Made by a program: the position numbers and the translations under genes. Positions 37,022 to 57,187 of a stretch of DNA of 64,000 nt are shown one piece after another (the stretch's first letter is position 1; the number at the start of each line of letters is the position of its first letter). The DNA is taken from assembly GCA_012295275.1 (NCBI GenBank), contig CM022677.1, positions 25,296,001-25,360,000 of the forward strand, read 5' to 3'. The notes beneath the pieces are model-generated. The model saw nothing but the letters and a program-made list of their open reading frames with translations, was not told the origin of the DNA and searched no databases. Origin of the DNA: Chrysomallon squamiferum (Eukaryota > Animalia > Mollusca).

Positions 37022-37704
37022 CTGTTTTTGCATCCAGTGTTCTTCATGTTGTTATCTTTCTACTACTACTAAATCACCACCACCACCACCATTACTACAA
37101 CCACTACTACTACTACTACAAGTACTTGTTACAAAAATATTTACTTGTAGACGTAGTAACAGTAATAGACAAGTAATACAAGTGTTAACCTTAGTAATTC
37201 ACTGTAACAAACACAAAATATTTTTATTATTATTGTTATTATTATTATTATTATTAATAGTTTAATGATTAGCAGTAGTACTAGCATCGTTGTTGCTGTT
37301 GCTGCTACTACTGCTGCTGTTGCTGTTGTTGTTGTTGTTGTTGTTGTTCTAGCTCACTGTAACCGATATGCTTACTCACACTCGACTCACAGATCTGAAG
37401 AGAAAATCCAGTATTGACTAACCCTAATCCTCATGTCGGAGACTGGAGATAAATCTTGCTGTGTAAATCCCTCGATATTTATTGAGATCACTAGCAGATT
37501 ACAAAAATACCTAAATACATTCATCATTGTCAAGTCAGAATTTCATTATTTTTCTTTCTTCTTTTATTTATTTGTTTGTTTGTTTGTTTGTTTGACTGCT
37601 TATTTATTTATTTATTATTGTTATTGTTATTGTTGTTGTTGTTGTTATTGTTATAATTATTATCCTAATCATTTCTTCGCTTCTTCTTCTTCTTCTTCTT
37701 CTTC

Positions 37705-37736
<32 letters not shown>

Positions 37737-37913
37737 GTTATTATTATTATCGTCATCATCATTATTAATAGTAGCAGTAGTAATAGTAGTATGTTGTTGT
37801 TGTTGTTGTTGCTGCTGTTGTTTCAGCATGCTTGTCGTTAATGACATCATACACCTTACTAATTTTATTTTGTCTTGTTTTTTTTTTTTCATCGTTCCAA
37901 TCATGAAGAAAAA

Positions 37914-37948
<35 letters not shown>

Positions 37949-38737
37949 TTGAAAAAAACAAAATCCTTTAACGTAGGTAAAAAATAATAGCAGTAATAAT
38001 AATAAAAATAATAATAATAGTAATAATAATAATAATAAAATAATAATAATAATAATAATAATAAAATAATAATAATAACAACAACAACAACAACAATAAT
38101 AATAACAACAATAATAATAATAATAATAATAATAAAAATAACAAAAAAATAATAATAATAAGAGCCAATTTGCGACAAGTTTTGTTTTGACAGCAACAAG
38201 TTACATCATACAATTCACCTCTGTATCGTTGTATTTTTTTTCCCGTTAATGTCAACCCATAAACATGTACTTCCCAAAATTACCTCCCCGAGACTCGATC
38301 GATACATTAAATTTGCCACCAGATGGTGTTACAGTGATTGCTTCCTGTTTGGAAGAAACACAACGCTGTAATTTTCTTCCTTACAGCTAAAAAGAGTCTT
38401 TCAGTTCATCAGGCTTGTGTTTGAAAGACAAACACAAAAAGCACGTGTGTTGTGTTGTTATTGTTGTGTTTTTTGTTCGTGATGGTGGAAACAAGATGCT
38501 TTTAGTTAAATAAACAAACAGGACGTTGATGTACGTGCTAACTGATTGGTGATTAAAATGTGTAAAATACGTTTTGTGGATGATAATAACAATAACTTGC
38601 CTTCTTCTTCGTAATTGTCTTTCTTCATCATAATTCTTTTCTTCGTCGAATGTTTTTTTTGAATTATTTTTCATTGTAGTTTCTTCATTATCGTGTACTT
38701 AGTTCAGTTAATATTATTATTATAGTTATAACCATCT

Positions 38738-38772
<35 letters not shown>

Positions 38773-39053
38773 TATATTATTATTATTATTTATATATTTA
38801 TTTATTTATATATTTTATTTTATTTTATTTTATTTTTTTTTTTTCTTTCTTTTCCGTCATATTTTACTATCTACTTTTATATTGTTGTTTATCGCTAGCT
38901 TTCCTGGTCTTTATAACATAATAACATTATATTTCATTTTTTGACTAAAGTTCTAACGTAAAACCATATTCTCGTTAATATTCTGGCATATTAATACTAC
39001 ATTTTCTTGTCTATATCTAACATCAATAACGTCCTAGAGAGAAATCTTACTAT

Positions 39054-39104
<51 letters not shown>

Positions 39105-39107
39105 TAT

Positions 39108-39222
<115 letters not shown>

Positions 39223-40096
39223 TTTCGAAGAGTCTTAGAACAGATCCACGATTCGTATTGATTGAAACTTCGAATTTGGCCACAGACTCGAAAATCTGTG
39301 AATCTTCACAATTTCACAACCAAACGCCCATAATAAGACTTGAGAAATTCAAAGACATGTGTTTCAGCTTACACTGAAAATACGCCATAATTGAAGGGAT
39401 TAGATTTAGTTGCAGTTTAAACCCTTGCACTTTTTTCTTTCTTTCTTTTGAATATTCTTCCTGCTCTTGTTTCTCTACTTCTTTTTCTTTTTCTTTTTCT
39501 TCTGTCTTCTTCTTTCTTCTTCTTCCTCGTCAATATATTTCTGTTATTTTTAACGCTTTTGTAGGAAAATTAATATTCAATTTTTTCATCAGATTTATCG
39601 AACATTTAATGAAAAAGAACTGAACACACGTTCGTCTCAATTAGTCTGGAATGACAAGTTTAGAGCACTGTGACACACTCAAGCATATGATTGTAGTTTG
39701 TAAACTCTTAATTATAAATTTTTATTTTCTTTAAGGCTGTACAATATTGGTTCTGCGTTCTCCATATTATGCAAATGTGGCGACATATGCAAAATACAAA
39801 TGTGTTCATGGCTGCTACCTCAACCACTTACACTACTACTACTATTACCACTGCTACTGCTACTACTACTACTACTACTACTACTACTAATACTAATACT
39901 AATACTGTTACTACTACTACTGTACCTATTTATTACTACGACTAATGTGATAGTTGTTATTAGTATGTTATTGTTTCTTTTTCTTAAAGTTTTTTTTTTT
40001 TAATATTTTTTTTTTTTTTTTTTTTTTTTGTTATTTTGTTGGGGTTTTTTAAATTTAATTTAATTTAATTTATTTATTATTATTTTTTTTTTTATT

Positions 40097-40272
40097 GAGA
40101 AAACATAACTTCAAATATAAAAATATCGAATTTCTCTCTAATAATCAGAAATTTTTGTTTTATTTTCTTGCTTTCTATTCTTTTTTCCCTAAAAAATCTT
40201 TGTGAAAAGTATATCTAATAATTTTGTTCGTTTTTATTATCGTTATTTCCTTTCCTTTTTTCTTCTTTTTTT

Positions 40273-40318
<46 letters not shown>

Positions 40319-40320
40319 TG
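40097..40320 (+). repeat. Dispersed ~220 bp repeat, copy 2
   Basis: Matches 19371-19590. Confidence 0.8.
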
Positions 40321-41084
40321 CATCGAATTTTTACAAAGCAAAAAAAACAAAACAAAAAAAAACAACATAATTTACAATGACAAATGTATTTCTACACGTT
40401 CATTATTCCCATTTTTTTCCTTCTATTTAATTAATCAATTATCGTTCTTGCCATCCAGATACTGGTCACAGATTCACGACCCAAGTGTTAGGATACGTAA
40501 ATAAATATCTGAGATTTATACAGACAAATGTGAGTTGTATGTAAACATACGTATTTCTTGTAAGAAGTAATTAATGCTTCGTGGATTACAAGTCGTAATA
40601 ATTAACAGTTGTTGAGAGACTCTTATCTAGCCTACATACATACGTACAGACAGACAAACATTCTTATAGACACAATCTGTGTGTGTGTGTTTGTGTGTTT
40701 GTTGTGTGCATGCACGTGGTTTGTGGTTTGTTTGAAGGTGTGTTTGGGTATGAGCATGAGATATCTGCATGTGTGAATGTGTGAATGTGTATGTGTGTGT
40801 GTGTGTGTGTGTGTGTCTATGCTTGAAGGCGTGTGTAGGTATGATGTCACGTTGGTGCGTATGTCTGTGTGTGTGTGTGTGTGTGTTTGTTTGTGATGTG
40901 ATAATAATAATAGCCAAATGAAGCAAATTAAGTAAATAAAGAAGTAAATAAAAAAAATAAAATAAAAATAATAATAATAATAAAAAATAAATAAATAAAA
41001 ATGAATAAATAAATAAATAAAAAATAATAATAAAAAATAAATAAATAAAATAATAATAAAAAATAAATAAATAAATAAATAAAA

Positions 41085-41115
<31 letters not shown>

Positions 41116-41117
41116 AA

Positions 41118-41156
<39 letters not shown>

Positions 41157-41200
41157 GTAAATAAATAAATAAATAAATAAAATAAAATAAAATAAATAAC

Positions 41201-41247
<47 letters not shown>

Positions 41248-41511
41248 AATAAATTACAAGACAATTAAGAATTCGACCTACACATCCTTCCTGGCTAATC
41301 TCGAAATCTTTGCTTTCAACGTAAATTTCCGGTGAAGTCCTACATAATCCTGCAGTAATCCTTCACAGATTTTCAAACTTGAGAGAAAAAGGAAAAAAAA
41401 GAAAAATCATTTTTGAATATCCTTTTATTAAGCTGCATTTCTTCGTATTTTCGTGTTGTTTTTGTTTGTTTCTTTTTGTCAATTTTTTATCTTTAATTAT
41501 TATTAGTGTTA

Positions 41512-41548
<37 letters not shown>

Positions 41549-42404
41549 CATCATTATTATTTATTATTATTATTTTTTATCATCAATGCCTACTGGATTT
41601 CATATTATTATCATCATAATCATTAAAATCATTATTTCATACGCGGGTATAACTTAAAATCATTATTAATAATATAATTCATGCATTATTAGTTCTTATC
41701 ATCTCATATCATATCTAACACAAATCATAGAATATCATTTCAAACTACATCATTCATCATTCACCATCAGATTCTATTTTATTTTGTTTCACTTTATTTT
41801 TATTTTTATTTTTATTTTTTTTTCTAGATCTGGAATTTATTGATTAACTCTCTCACATCATTTACTGAGTTTTCATTTTTAATATTTTGTTCCCTTTGTT
41901 TTCTTTTCTTTATATTTTCTTTCCTTTTTTTTTTTTTTCTCCTATAATTGTGGCTATGACCTTTCAGAAAACACTAATTAATTTTCTATCAACAGCTATT
42001 GCTTGTTCGTTTATTTAATGAACCTAAATCTCTGTATGGAATTAATGAATATCAAAAATAAAACACAAAGAACATCTCAGCTAATTGTGCAACGCGAATT
42101 ATAACAAGGATTTCACTCGACTGCGTGAAAAAAACACTGAGTAACATTCTAACATTTTACTTATTTTAAAATACAGCGCTTTTATTAATACAGTAATTAA
42201 TTTTGTAATTGAATCCTCTGAATAAATAAAGTCCTGTTAGTGACACTTTGATGGTAGCAGTATCTGTAGATGATAGTGTTTAATAGAGAAATAGACACAG
42301 ACATATCTACAGATGGACAGAAGCTTCGTAGATAGATTGATATGTCTACCGATATATCGATAAGTGTGTTTGTGTGTTTATCTGTATGTGTATGTATGTG
42401 TGTA

Positions 42405-42439
<35 letters not shown>

Positions 42440-42480
42440 GTCTTAGTGTTAGTGTGTGTATGAGTATGCATATATGAGTA

Positions 42481-42549
<69 letters not shown>

Positions 42550-42566
42550 GTATGTATATATTTAAC

Positions 42567-46014
<3,448 letters not shown>

Positions 46015-47505
46015 CGTTCATTAGTTTACTGAAAGAAAGAGAAGATGATACATTTTTTAATGTTTTATTTATTTATATGCATGTTTATTGTCATTGTCAT
46101 CACCATCATTATAATCATATTAATATATATTTATTTATTTAATTCAGTATTTTAGTTTCATGTATCTGTCTGTGTGTCTGTACATCTCTGCGTCTGTCTC
46201 TCTCTCTCTGTGTCGACTATACATCTAACTATTTATCTATTTCTATATTTTTATTCTTCTTTTTTATATACTTATTACTCATTTAATTGTACTTATTTAT
46301 CTGTGTATTTAACTCTCTATCTATCCATCTGTTTATCTATCTATCTAACTATATATCTATCTATATATTTACCTATCTACCTATCTATCTGTCTATCTAT
46401 CTATTTATCTATCTATCTATTATTTTATTTATTTATCTAGGTATGTATCTATTTATCCATCAGTCTGTCTATCTATGCATCTATCTATATATATTTATAT
46501 GTCATCTATGTATATATATATATATATATATATACTTTTTCATTTATTCATAACAATCATTCATTTATTTACAACGTCGTTGTTGTTTTTTTGTCTTTTT
46601 TTGTTGTTTTTTCGGTGTGTTTTTATTTATTTTGTTTTTCTTTGTGTTTTTTGTTGTTGTTGTTTTTTTTGTTTGTTTCTGTTAGTTATGTTTGTTCTTT
46701 TTTTTTTTGTTTTTTTTTTTTTTTTTTTTTCACTTTTCTATGTTTACACCGAAAACGAATTTGCTGTCTGCAGACGACATCGTCTGTGGAAAACGGAAGC
46801 AGACGATTGCCTCGATTACCAGACACTCCCTCCTTAGACTCCGAATAACCGAAACTCACCGGAAGCAGAGGCCGCCACCGAAAGACCTCTCAAACTTAAT
46901 AAGATTCGCAGACGCAGATAATCACTGAGTCAGCTTTGAAAAGCTCCGCGTCTCCGTTATTACATTGGGTAGATTGACATGTCTGTGTACACACACACAT
47001 ATATATATCTGTACGTCTGTTTCTCCGTCCTAACATCTTCCATTTAAATCAATAATCAGTGTAATATGATAAAATATGATATAATATAATATAATATAAT
47101 GTAATGTAATATAATATAATATAATATAAAATAATAAAATAATATAATATAATATAATATAATATAATATAATGTAATGTAATATAATATAATATAATAC
47201 AATATAATATAAAACAATATAATATAACAATATAATATAATATAATATATAATAATATTTAATAAATAAATAAATAAATAAATATTTATTTAGTTAAATA
47301 CTTCCTTACTTATTTATTTATTTTATTTATTTATTTATTTATTTATTTATTTGTTTGTTTGTTTGTTTGTTTGTTTGTTTGTTTGTTTATTGTGGCAGAT
47401 ACGTCATACACTCATACTGTGTTTGGATGTTTGCCTGTTTTGTTTACATTATGTTCTTTTTCTTTCCATGTCTCGATTTCACTCTTGTCGACTTTTTTAT
47501 ACCCC

Positions 47506-47561
<56 letters not shown>

Positions 47562-49500
47562 CTCTCTCTCTCTCTCTCTCTCTCTCCTCCCTCCCTCCCT
47601 CCCTCTCTCCCTGTATCTCCCTCCCTCCCTCCCTCTGTCTCTCTCTTCTCTCGTTAGTCTTCTTGGAAGGTTATTATGTTTTCGTCGAGAACTGTTGTAC
47701 TGACACACGCGTACAACTAACCGCACGCGGACGGACGCTGGAGAAGATGTCAGGTTCTAATGGACGACGCTAAATTTACGATTCCTCGATGATTGCTTCG
47801 AGGATTCGCCACGCGCAGTTCATCCTTCGCCTTCGTCACTTAAAGAATAAATCAGTGAAATTAATTGAATAAGCGGCTGTTTTGGCGTCTGCGCCCGGAG
47901 AGAAAGTTAATAAAACAAATATCTTCAGGAGAAAGTGGATTTTCAAAGAAAAAGAGACATAAGATAAAATAAAAATTTTTATGTTTTACTGTGTTTGGTT
48001 CCCTCCGATCCATGAATATTTTTGTTCATGTTTCTGATGGGCATTTTATGGTTAATTATGTGTATGTGTGTGTGTGTTTGTTCAAAATAAATAGTATGCT
48101 ATACTGCGAAAGTCTAGGACATTTTATTTCTTAATCTTTCAGTTCTTGTTTTTATTAATATCCTGTTCTTTCCGTTTTGTTCCTGGTCGTCATATTTTTT
48201 TATCTTTGTGTTTTTCAAGGTTCCTGTCTCCATATTTTTCTTGTTCTTTTTCTCCTTTGGTTCTTTTTTTTTTTTTTTTCTTCTTTCTTCGCTCTTTTTT
48301 CTTATTAATATTACACAATTTCAGTACTTTTATGATCTAATATTCTCATACTTTCTTTTTTCATAATAATAACTGAAAAATTAATACAATTCTTAGTACT
48401 ACTACTACTACTACTACTACTACTATTACCTCTATTACTACTACTGCTACAACTATTACTACAATTACTATTACTACTACTACTATTATTACTATACTAC
48501 TACTATTACAACTAGTGATTTTTCTATTATTTTACTACTACTACTACTATTACTACTACTTCTACTATTACTACTACTACTGCTATTACTATTACTAGTA
48601 TTACTACTAGTACTACTACTACTACTACTGATACAGCTATGACTGCTATTGCTCTTACTATGCCAGAGATGATACAGCAAAGTGTATAATATATGTTTCC
48701 CACAGATCTCAATTCCCCTGTCCTTTTGTCAAACATGTCGTCTCGAACAAATTATCAGTTTATGTAGTGTAATAGATCTGAACAATCCAATTCATCAATG
48801 ACACCCGTTTTAACACGAAAGAAAAATATTTACGTACCAAACAAGATAAAAATATCTCTCTAGCTGCAGAATTAATCTTAGATGCTGCATCCGTAACGGG
48901 AAATTGATGACTAAATAAATTTGAGATTTGAATTTGATGACGAGTAGGGGAAATACAGATAGCAATTTTAACATCTCATCAGACAAAAATATTATTCAGT
49001 TAAAAGTCTTTTTCTCCTTATTATTATTACTGTTGTTGTTCTTGTTGCCGTTATATTATTATTACTGTTGTTGTTGTTGTTGTTGTTGCCGTTATATTAT
49101 TATTACTGTTGTTGTTGTTGTTGCCTTTATATTATTATTATTATTATTGTTGTGGGTTGTTTTGTTTTCAAAATAGCAATTAAAAACTTAATATAAATAC
49201 TTCTGCTGCCATTCCTGCTGCTGCTGTTATAACTATTATTCCTACCAGCACAACCACTACTACTGCTACTACTACCACTACTATACTATTGATACTAACA
49301 CTACTATACTACTAGCGATTGTGCGACTGTGATTTCTTGTTCTCTCTGTTATTGTGACTTCCTTCATATTACTCTCCTTCTTTTTTTGTTCTGCTTGTTC
49401 ATATTCTCTCTCTCCCTGTGTCTCCGTCTCTCTCGCCCTCTCTCTCTGTCTGTCTGTCTGTCTCTCGCTCTCTCTCTCTCTCTGTCTGTCTGTCTGTCTC

Positions 49501-49579
<79 letters not shown>

Positions 49580-49786
49580 TTTCTCTCTCTCTCTATGTCA
49601 GGCTATCTCTTAGTGTCATTTTTTTGCCTGTTTCTCCGATGGCCGCTGTACAAGACACTTGATGTGGAGAACAAACACTTCAAATTGATTAGTTCTCAAA
49701 GAAGCTCTTCTCAAGTCTCTGTAATCAGTAACTTCCAGAGTTTAAATATTTACACAGAGCAAAACTGAAATCTAAGTTAAAGAGAT

Positions 49787-49878
<92 letters not shown>

Positions 49879-50483
49879 ACACACACACAAAACAAACAGT
49901 AAGATCAAATCACAATACAGACGGACATGAACAGAGAGGAATACAGACAGAAGTAGAAGCCCAACAAGACACAGAAAGACTCAGAGAAAGAATAACTAAG
50001 GAACAGAAGACGTAAAATTAATTCAACATACGTTCTGTCTAACACGCTGAAAACAATTATCTAATAAAACTAAGCTTCTCAGTTTCCTTACACAAACTTG
50101 CACAATCGTAGCGACGCATTTCATCAGCGAGTACAATTCGAAACTATCAAATGAGATTTATTCGACACAAAAACGCAATATCGTGTCTGTGACGTCATTC
50201 CCTGGTGACCGAAAAGCGAGGAGAGGCTTCCATTGTTGCCATCTGTAAATCCACGTATTTACTTGACCGTCATGGGACTGACGACGTTTCCATGACAACG
50301 GTAATTGCCTGTCTACCCACAGATGGAGAAATCAAAGAGAACAAAATGAATTTTCTTACTGGCGTGATAAAACAGTTATTGACCCTGTTTATTTATTTAT
50401 TTTTTAATTTTGTTTGTTTGTTTGTTTTTGTAAATATGTATTTGTTCATTTGTCCTCAGTCAACCTTTGAATGAATATAGGTG

Positions 50484-50552
<69 letters not shown>

Positions 50553-51129
50553 CATAATCATAATAATAATAATAATAATAATAATAATCATCATAATCAT
50601 AATAATAATAACAATAATAATAAGAAGAAGAAGAAGAAGAAGAATTATTATTATTATCATCATTAACATGATCATCATCATCATCATCATTATTATTATT
50701 ATTATTATTATTATTTATTATCATTGTGTGTATATATTACTTGTTAAACCAATTTGAAAACGTCAGAGACAAAAGACATTGTTTTCGTATCCTAGGTAAC
50801 TGTTTCTGTGCGACAGAGCAATGATTTGAATCACATCTCTGAAAGCTTTCACTTCCTGACTAATTCCTCGTAAATTCCTGTCTCTAGTGAATCAAGAAAA
50901 ACGTTCAAGTCCTTACATTTATTCTGTAAATCTATCATTCAGAAAGAACGTGACGTCATTTTGTTGTGACGTCAGTTCTTCTTATGACGTCACACTTCTG
51001 GCATTAAAGATGTAAAGTTTATCAATGGTGTATTACTCTTATTTTGAATATAATACGAAATGTATATTTTTGACGTATCTATAGTCTTTGTTTTTGGTTG
51101 TTTTTTTATGATTTCTTTTCTTTCGTTTT

Positions 51130-51246
<117 letters not shown>

Positions 51247-52091
51247 AAAATGAAAATCAATTATTATTTTCAACATATCATTAATGATTCTTTACTTCTT
51301 TCATCTTTTCATATCGGCATCATCTCATATAATTACTAAACCTGTTTTCTTCTCTTTTTTTTTCCTTCTTTCATTTCAATTTTTTTGTTCTCATCCTTTT
51401 TCTTGGCCTTTCTTTTCTGTTTTGACCTCGTCTTTTTACTGATAGCATCATCAAAAGATTTGAAAGAAAGAAAGAAAGAAAAAATACAACAACGAAAATT
51501 TAATATCCTAGATTTCACCAGTGCAAATAGTTCCATGTCAGAGGACGTCACAATACAACCATGGAAGCTGCCTGAAGAAGAAGAAGAAAAAAAGTTAATT
51601 AAAATCGACTCATATGAACGTGTCCTATAAATATGAAAAACACGGAGGTGCCCGAAGGGTATACTGGTCAGAGTTAACTAGAACTATTTACCATAGAAAT
51701 AAGAAATTTCCTGTTATGCTAATTTCATGCATATGTTCGTGATACATTATTGTTTTTGAAAATGTATATTAATAATAATAATAATAATAATGTCAGTAGT
51801 AGTATAGTAGTTGTTGTTGTGGTAGTATTATTAATAATAATAGTAGCAATAGTAACAGTAGTTGTAGTAGAAGTAGTGGTAGTAGTAGTAGTAGTAATAA
51901 TGGTAGTAATAGTAGTGTCAGTAATAGTAATAATAATAATAGTTCCAACGGTAGTAGTGGTAATGGTAGTGTGTAGTAATGGTAGTAGCTGTAGTAGTAG
52001 TAATAATAATATAGATTCTGACAGTACAGTTTGTACCACTAGAAGTTATTACTACAATTACAAGTATTACTAGTAACTACACTAACTGCTT

Positions 52092-52150
<59 letters not shown>

Positions 52151-52951
52151 ACTATGGCTACTACTATTACTACTACTATTACACAAATGCGATAACAACA
52201 TTAACAGAAAACAGAAAAACAAAACAAAGGGGGAAAATATGAGCATCAAAGAAAACAAGTATTTAAAAATTAAAAATAAGACGAAAAAAAAAATGAAACA
52301 AACAAGCAAATAATAATTTTAAAAACTATATATATATATATATTCCAAATTACATTAGAAGCAGATGAATGACAAAAAATTATCATCTAAAAAAAAATGA
52401 TTAACTCATCGGAATGGTACGGAAGTATACGGATCTATACTGCACTATGATAACAGAGAAAATGAAAAATGACTTTAGAAATCATTTCTGAGCGAGAGTT
52501 AATAAACAAGTCCTGATATTTCACTCTGGCTCTAACTCGCAATTAAAGAATCTGATTCGCCTTGATTCAGTCCTCAGCGACTTTCCTTGAATGATGACTA
52601 CGTCCGCTAACTTTTTTCACGTAAACATAAACAAGATCATCAAGTAATTTAATAAAGTATTGGGACAAAAATTTGAGTAAAATTAATGAGAAAAAAAAAA
52701 AATAAAATGCTGCACAACAATTGTGAAAGAAAAAACCTAAGTGAGGGTGTCTAGTATATTTTTTCTTCACATACAGTAATGCACGCACCTACACACTTAC
52801 ATGTACAATCCTTCTTTTCATTCATTTTATGTTAGTATGTATGTGTACCCCTTCTTTCTCTCTGTCTGTCTGACTGTCTGTCTGTATGTCTCTGTCCGTA
52901 TGTCTTTGTCTGTCTGTATGTCTCTCTCTCACTCTCTCTGTCTGTCTCTCA

Positions 52952-52988
<37 letters not shown>

Positions 52989-53877
52989 GCTCTCTCTCTC
53001 ACACACGCACACACACAAACACACACACACACACACAAACATTCTCTCTCTTTCCTTCAATAAAATATATTTTATCTTTCCCCAAGCTAACCATATATAA
53101 TTTTCTTACCACTTTTTTTTTAAATTCTTTCCTCTTCTCACCAAAACAATTAAATAATGAAACTCGTAGAGTCACGCGTTTTTTTTTCATTTTTTTTTTC
53201 ATCCCATTTCGACAGATCAGCCTAATCTGCCTTGCGTACAAACAAACAAATTAGTCTGAGTGATGTTATTTACCAAACAGATGGCGCTATTTACACACTG
53301 GAACCACACGCGCCACTACAGTTATGGCCGCCCTTTTTTTTTTTTTTTTTTTTTTTTGATTGCTTTTCAATGTAACTTCCACCAAATCCTTCCGAGCACC
53401 GCAATAACGTAATAGAAAGTGACAACATAATGGTAGATCTTGAGGAGGCGTTTTGAGAGCTAGTAGGCCATAATCGAGCGAAATTGATGGTTCCCAGAGG
53501 ACAGTAGATTAGATTTGGACACTGGAAAACATGCCGACATCAACACACATGGTAATTTCGACAGGGGAAAAACAGAGGAAGGCGAGAGCAGAGGGGAAAT
53601 TATTCGCGTCTCACTGCTCTGCTTTGAGAAGGCCTCGCGATAACTTCTTTGAGTTCTGCTTGAACGCAGAGTTACGTGACGTTGATTTATGTTTGAGGAA
53701 TTTGTGTCGACTGGTTTTTGTGGTTTAAAAATTGTTTTTAACAGGATGCGAGCGATCAGTGTAATTGAGTTTAAAAGAGAATGGATGTTTCAGTGGCATG
53801 ACTCTTCCGCTTGATGTCTCTTCCCTCTTTGAAAGTCTGTATGTCTGTGTGTGTCTCTCTGTCTCTCTCTCTCTCTC

Positions 53878-54050
<173 letters not shown>

Positions 54051-54869
54051 GTCTCTCTCTCTCTCTGAATGATTTATCTATTTTTCCTTTTCAGATAATT
54101 CGTTTTGATTGTATCTTTATATATATATTTATATAGATAGATAGATAGAAAGATAAATAGACAAACAGACAGAGAGACAGAAAGACAGAAAGATAGAGAC
54201 AGATACATACACACAGTCAGACAGACAAACAGACAGACAGATAGATAGATATGTCTATAGTGATGGTAATAATGGTAGAAAAGGAGAGGTAGATGTAGTT
54301 GTAGCTGCCGTTGTAATTATTTTCATATTACAAATAAGCAGAGGGACGCACACAGACAGACAAACAAACACACAGACACATAGACAGATATGCAGGCGGA
54401 GATAGACTCTGACACAGAAAAACAAACAAAAACAAACAAAAAAAAAAACGAGCCAAAGAATTCATAAAAAAAAAAAAAAAAAAAAATCACGACGAAATCT
54501 TCATCATTTTCTCACTTCATAACCTGAATTTTCTATCTGTCTAACAACAACAACAACAACAGTAATTCTTCCTGTCTTTCCGTTTTGTTTTCTTATCGTC
54601 TGGTTAGATTTGTATCGGATGTTTTCCACTGAATCTGTTTTGTATTAATTTCCTTCGCTTTCGTACGACTCACTTGCTGTTATGCCACGACGTCTGATCG
54701 CATCAGAACAATCGACTTGCAGCAGGAGAATTAACTTACTTCCACTGTAAACCGTTCATTAATAAATACCATTTTCCAATTACCTGCTTCAGCCGTGACA
54801 CGGGTCTTTTCTGGCTTGAGCTTTGCAGCCGTCATAAGTACTTTTAGTAAAACAGGTAAAAAAGATAGG

Positions 54870-55170
54870 AAGAAGAACAAAAAGAAGAAGAAGAAGAAGA
54901 AGAACAACAACAACAACAAGAAGAAGAAGAAGAAGAAGAAGAACAACAACAACAACAACAACAAGAAGAACAAGAACAAGAATAAGAAGAACGAAAAGAA
55001 GAAGAAGAAGAAGAAGAAGAAGAAGATGAAGAAGAAGAAGAACAACAACAACGAAGAGCAGTAGTAGAAGAAGAAGAAGAAGAAGAAGAAGAAGAAGAAG
55101 AAGAAGAAGAAGAAGAAGAAGAAGAAGAAGAAGAAGAAGAAGAAGAAGAAGAAGAAGAAGAAGAAGAAAA
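54870..55170. repeat. (GAA)n/(CAA)n trinucleotide tract
   Basis: Direct inspection. Confidence 0.95.
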
Positions 55171-56102
55171 ACAATACGAACAAGACGTAATGACAGAAAA
55201 CAAGGTTAAGGAGAGAAAAGAAGTAAAAAAATTGAGAAAAAACAACCGCATAATCTCATTTTCCCGTTATGGTCATTCGCAGCTAATACGACAGCTTTTT
55301 TTTTTTCTTTTATCTTATTACGACAAAACGAGGGAAATTTTCTCGGAATCTCGTTTGACGTCTGATTTGCAAAGCTGAAGGAGGATAAGAAGATAGCACA
55401 ACCGACCCGAAGCATCAACGGACTTCAGAACGAAGTCAGAGTCAGATGAACGTCGTGTCGTGATGACACAGTGAATCGTTTTAGCAGAAGATGCACTGAA
55501 AACTGGAAACTAACGACGTCAAAAAAAAAACAAAAAGGACAAATGTCTCACTGGAAAAAAAAAAAATGAAGAACTGATTATGAAAAGGAATCCAAACGTA
55601 TATGATGTTGAAAACAGAACGGTTTTTGTTTTCTTTGATTATACTGGACTGTATAGCTGAATAAAGATAATAATAATAATAAGTAAGTAATTAAGCCAAT
55701 AAGAAATTAACTAAAATTGTACAAGTATATAGAAAGCGTGAAAGAGAAAAAATAAAATAACAAAAACAGCAACTGCTACTACTACTACTACTACTACCAC
55801 GTCTACTATATTACTACTAAGTGAGAAAGCAAAATAACAACAATAACAACGACTACTACTACTACGACTGCTTCTTATATACATCTACAACTAATATTAT
55901 ACTACTACAATGAAAAAAATGTTGACAAAGACAAATATGAAACGGAAATATTATCCATAGATAGAAAGATAGGTAATAGATAGATAGATAAATAGATAGA
56001 TAGATATATAGATATATACAGACAGATAGAGAGGTAGGTAGGCAGACAGACAAAGACAGACAAACAGATATACAGATCAGTAACCTTACGTATATATATA
56101 TA

Positions 56103-56134
<32 letters not shown>

Positions 56135-56292
56135 CACAGAGATATGTAGAGAGATAATGAAAGAGAGAGAGAGAGAGAGAGAGAGAGAAGCAGATAAAGA
56201 AAACCGGTACGAAATCACCCTTAAAGATGTAGGTACACAAAACCATAACAACAAAAACAATAAATAAAACATAACGAACACGGCAACACGGA

Positions 56293-56598
<306 letters not shown>

Positions 56599-57155
56599 AA
56601 GAAATAAACCAAACAATTACGTTTATCTAATTCCCAACAATCTGGCTACTCGGAGAGATCGTTGTTCTCCATTAAAAACACGACGGTCACCATACGCGTT
56701 AGAGCGACCTGTTATTCCCCGCGGTGATTTCCTTACACAAAATCTCGTCCGATGTTAAACGAATACGCGAGCGAGCGAGCGAGCGAGTCATCAATCTTGA
56801 TAAAATTAACGTATCGTTCAAAGTCGCCTGCCTTTTTTTCTTACATGCTTCCATTTTGAGGGGCAAATCTTCTGAACTTCTCGGTCCGAAACCCAATCAG
56901 ATTTCTTACAGAACAGATAAATTGGTAAAGGGGAAAAGTGGAATGCATAGAGGTGAGGGATTTAATTTTACAAGCGTTTGCCCTCTTGTTTGTTTAGTTC
57001 GTGTTGAATGACAGCACTGGGGTAAGATTTGTTTTTTTTTTTTTTTTCTTTTTCTTTTTCTGTTTAAAGTGTATGACGGAATGATCAGTTCTTCTGTATG
57101 TTCATTGTTTAGGTGCTGTTATTGTTATTGTTACTATTTTTTATATTGTTATTAT

Positions 57156-57187
<32 letters not shown>

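Noticed and set aside
46760-46940. Exon on the minus strand ending at CCG|GTGAGT (about 46859)
   Set aside because: Only a donor-like motif; no convincing ORF, acceptor or partner exon.
54740-54840. Minus-strand mini-exon MTAAKLKPEKTRVTAEAGNWKMVFINERFTVE with a GTAAGT donor
   Set aside because: Weak acceptor, no recognisable homology, and no compatible neighbouring exons found.
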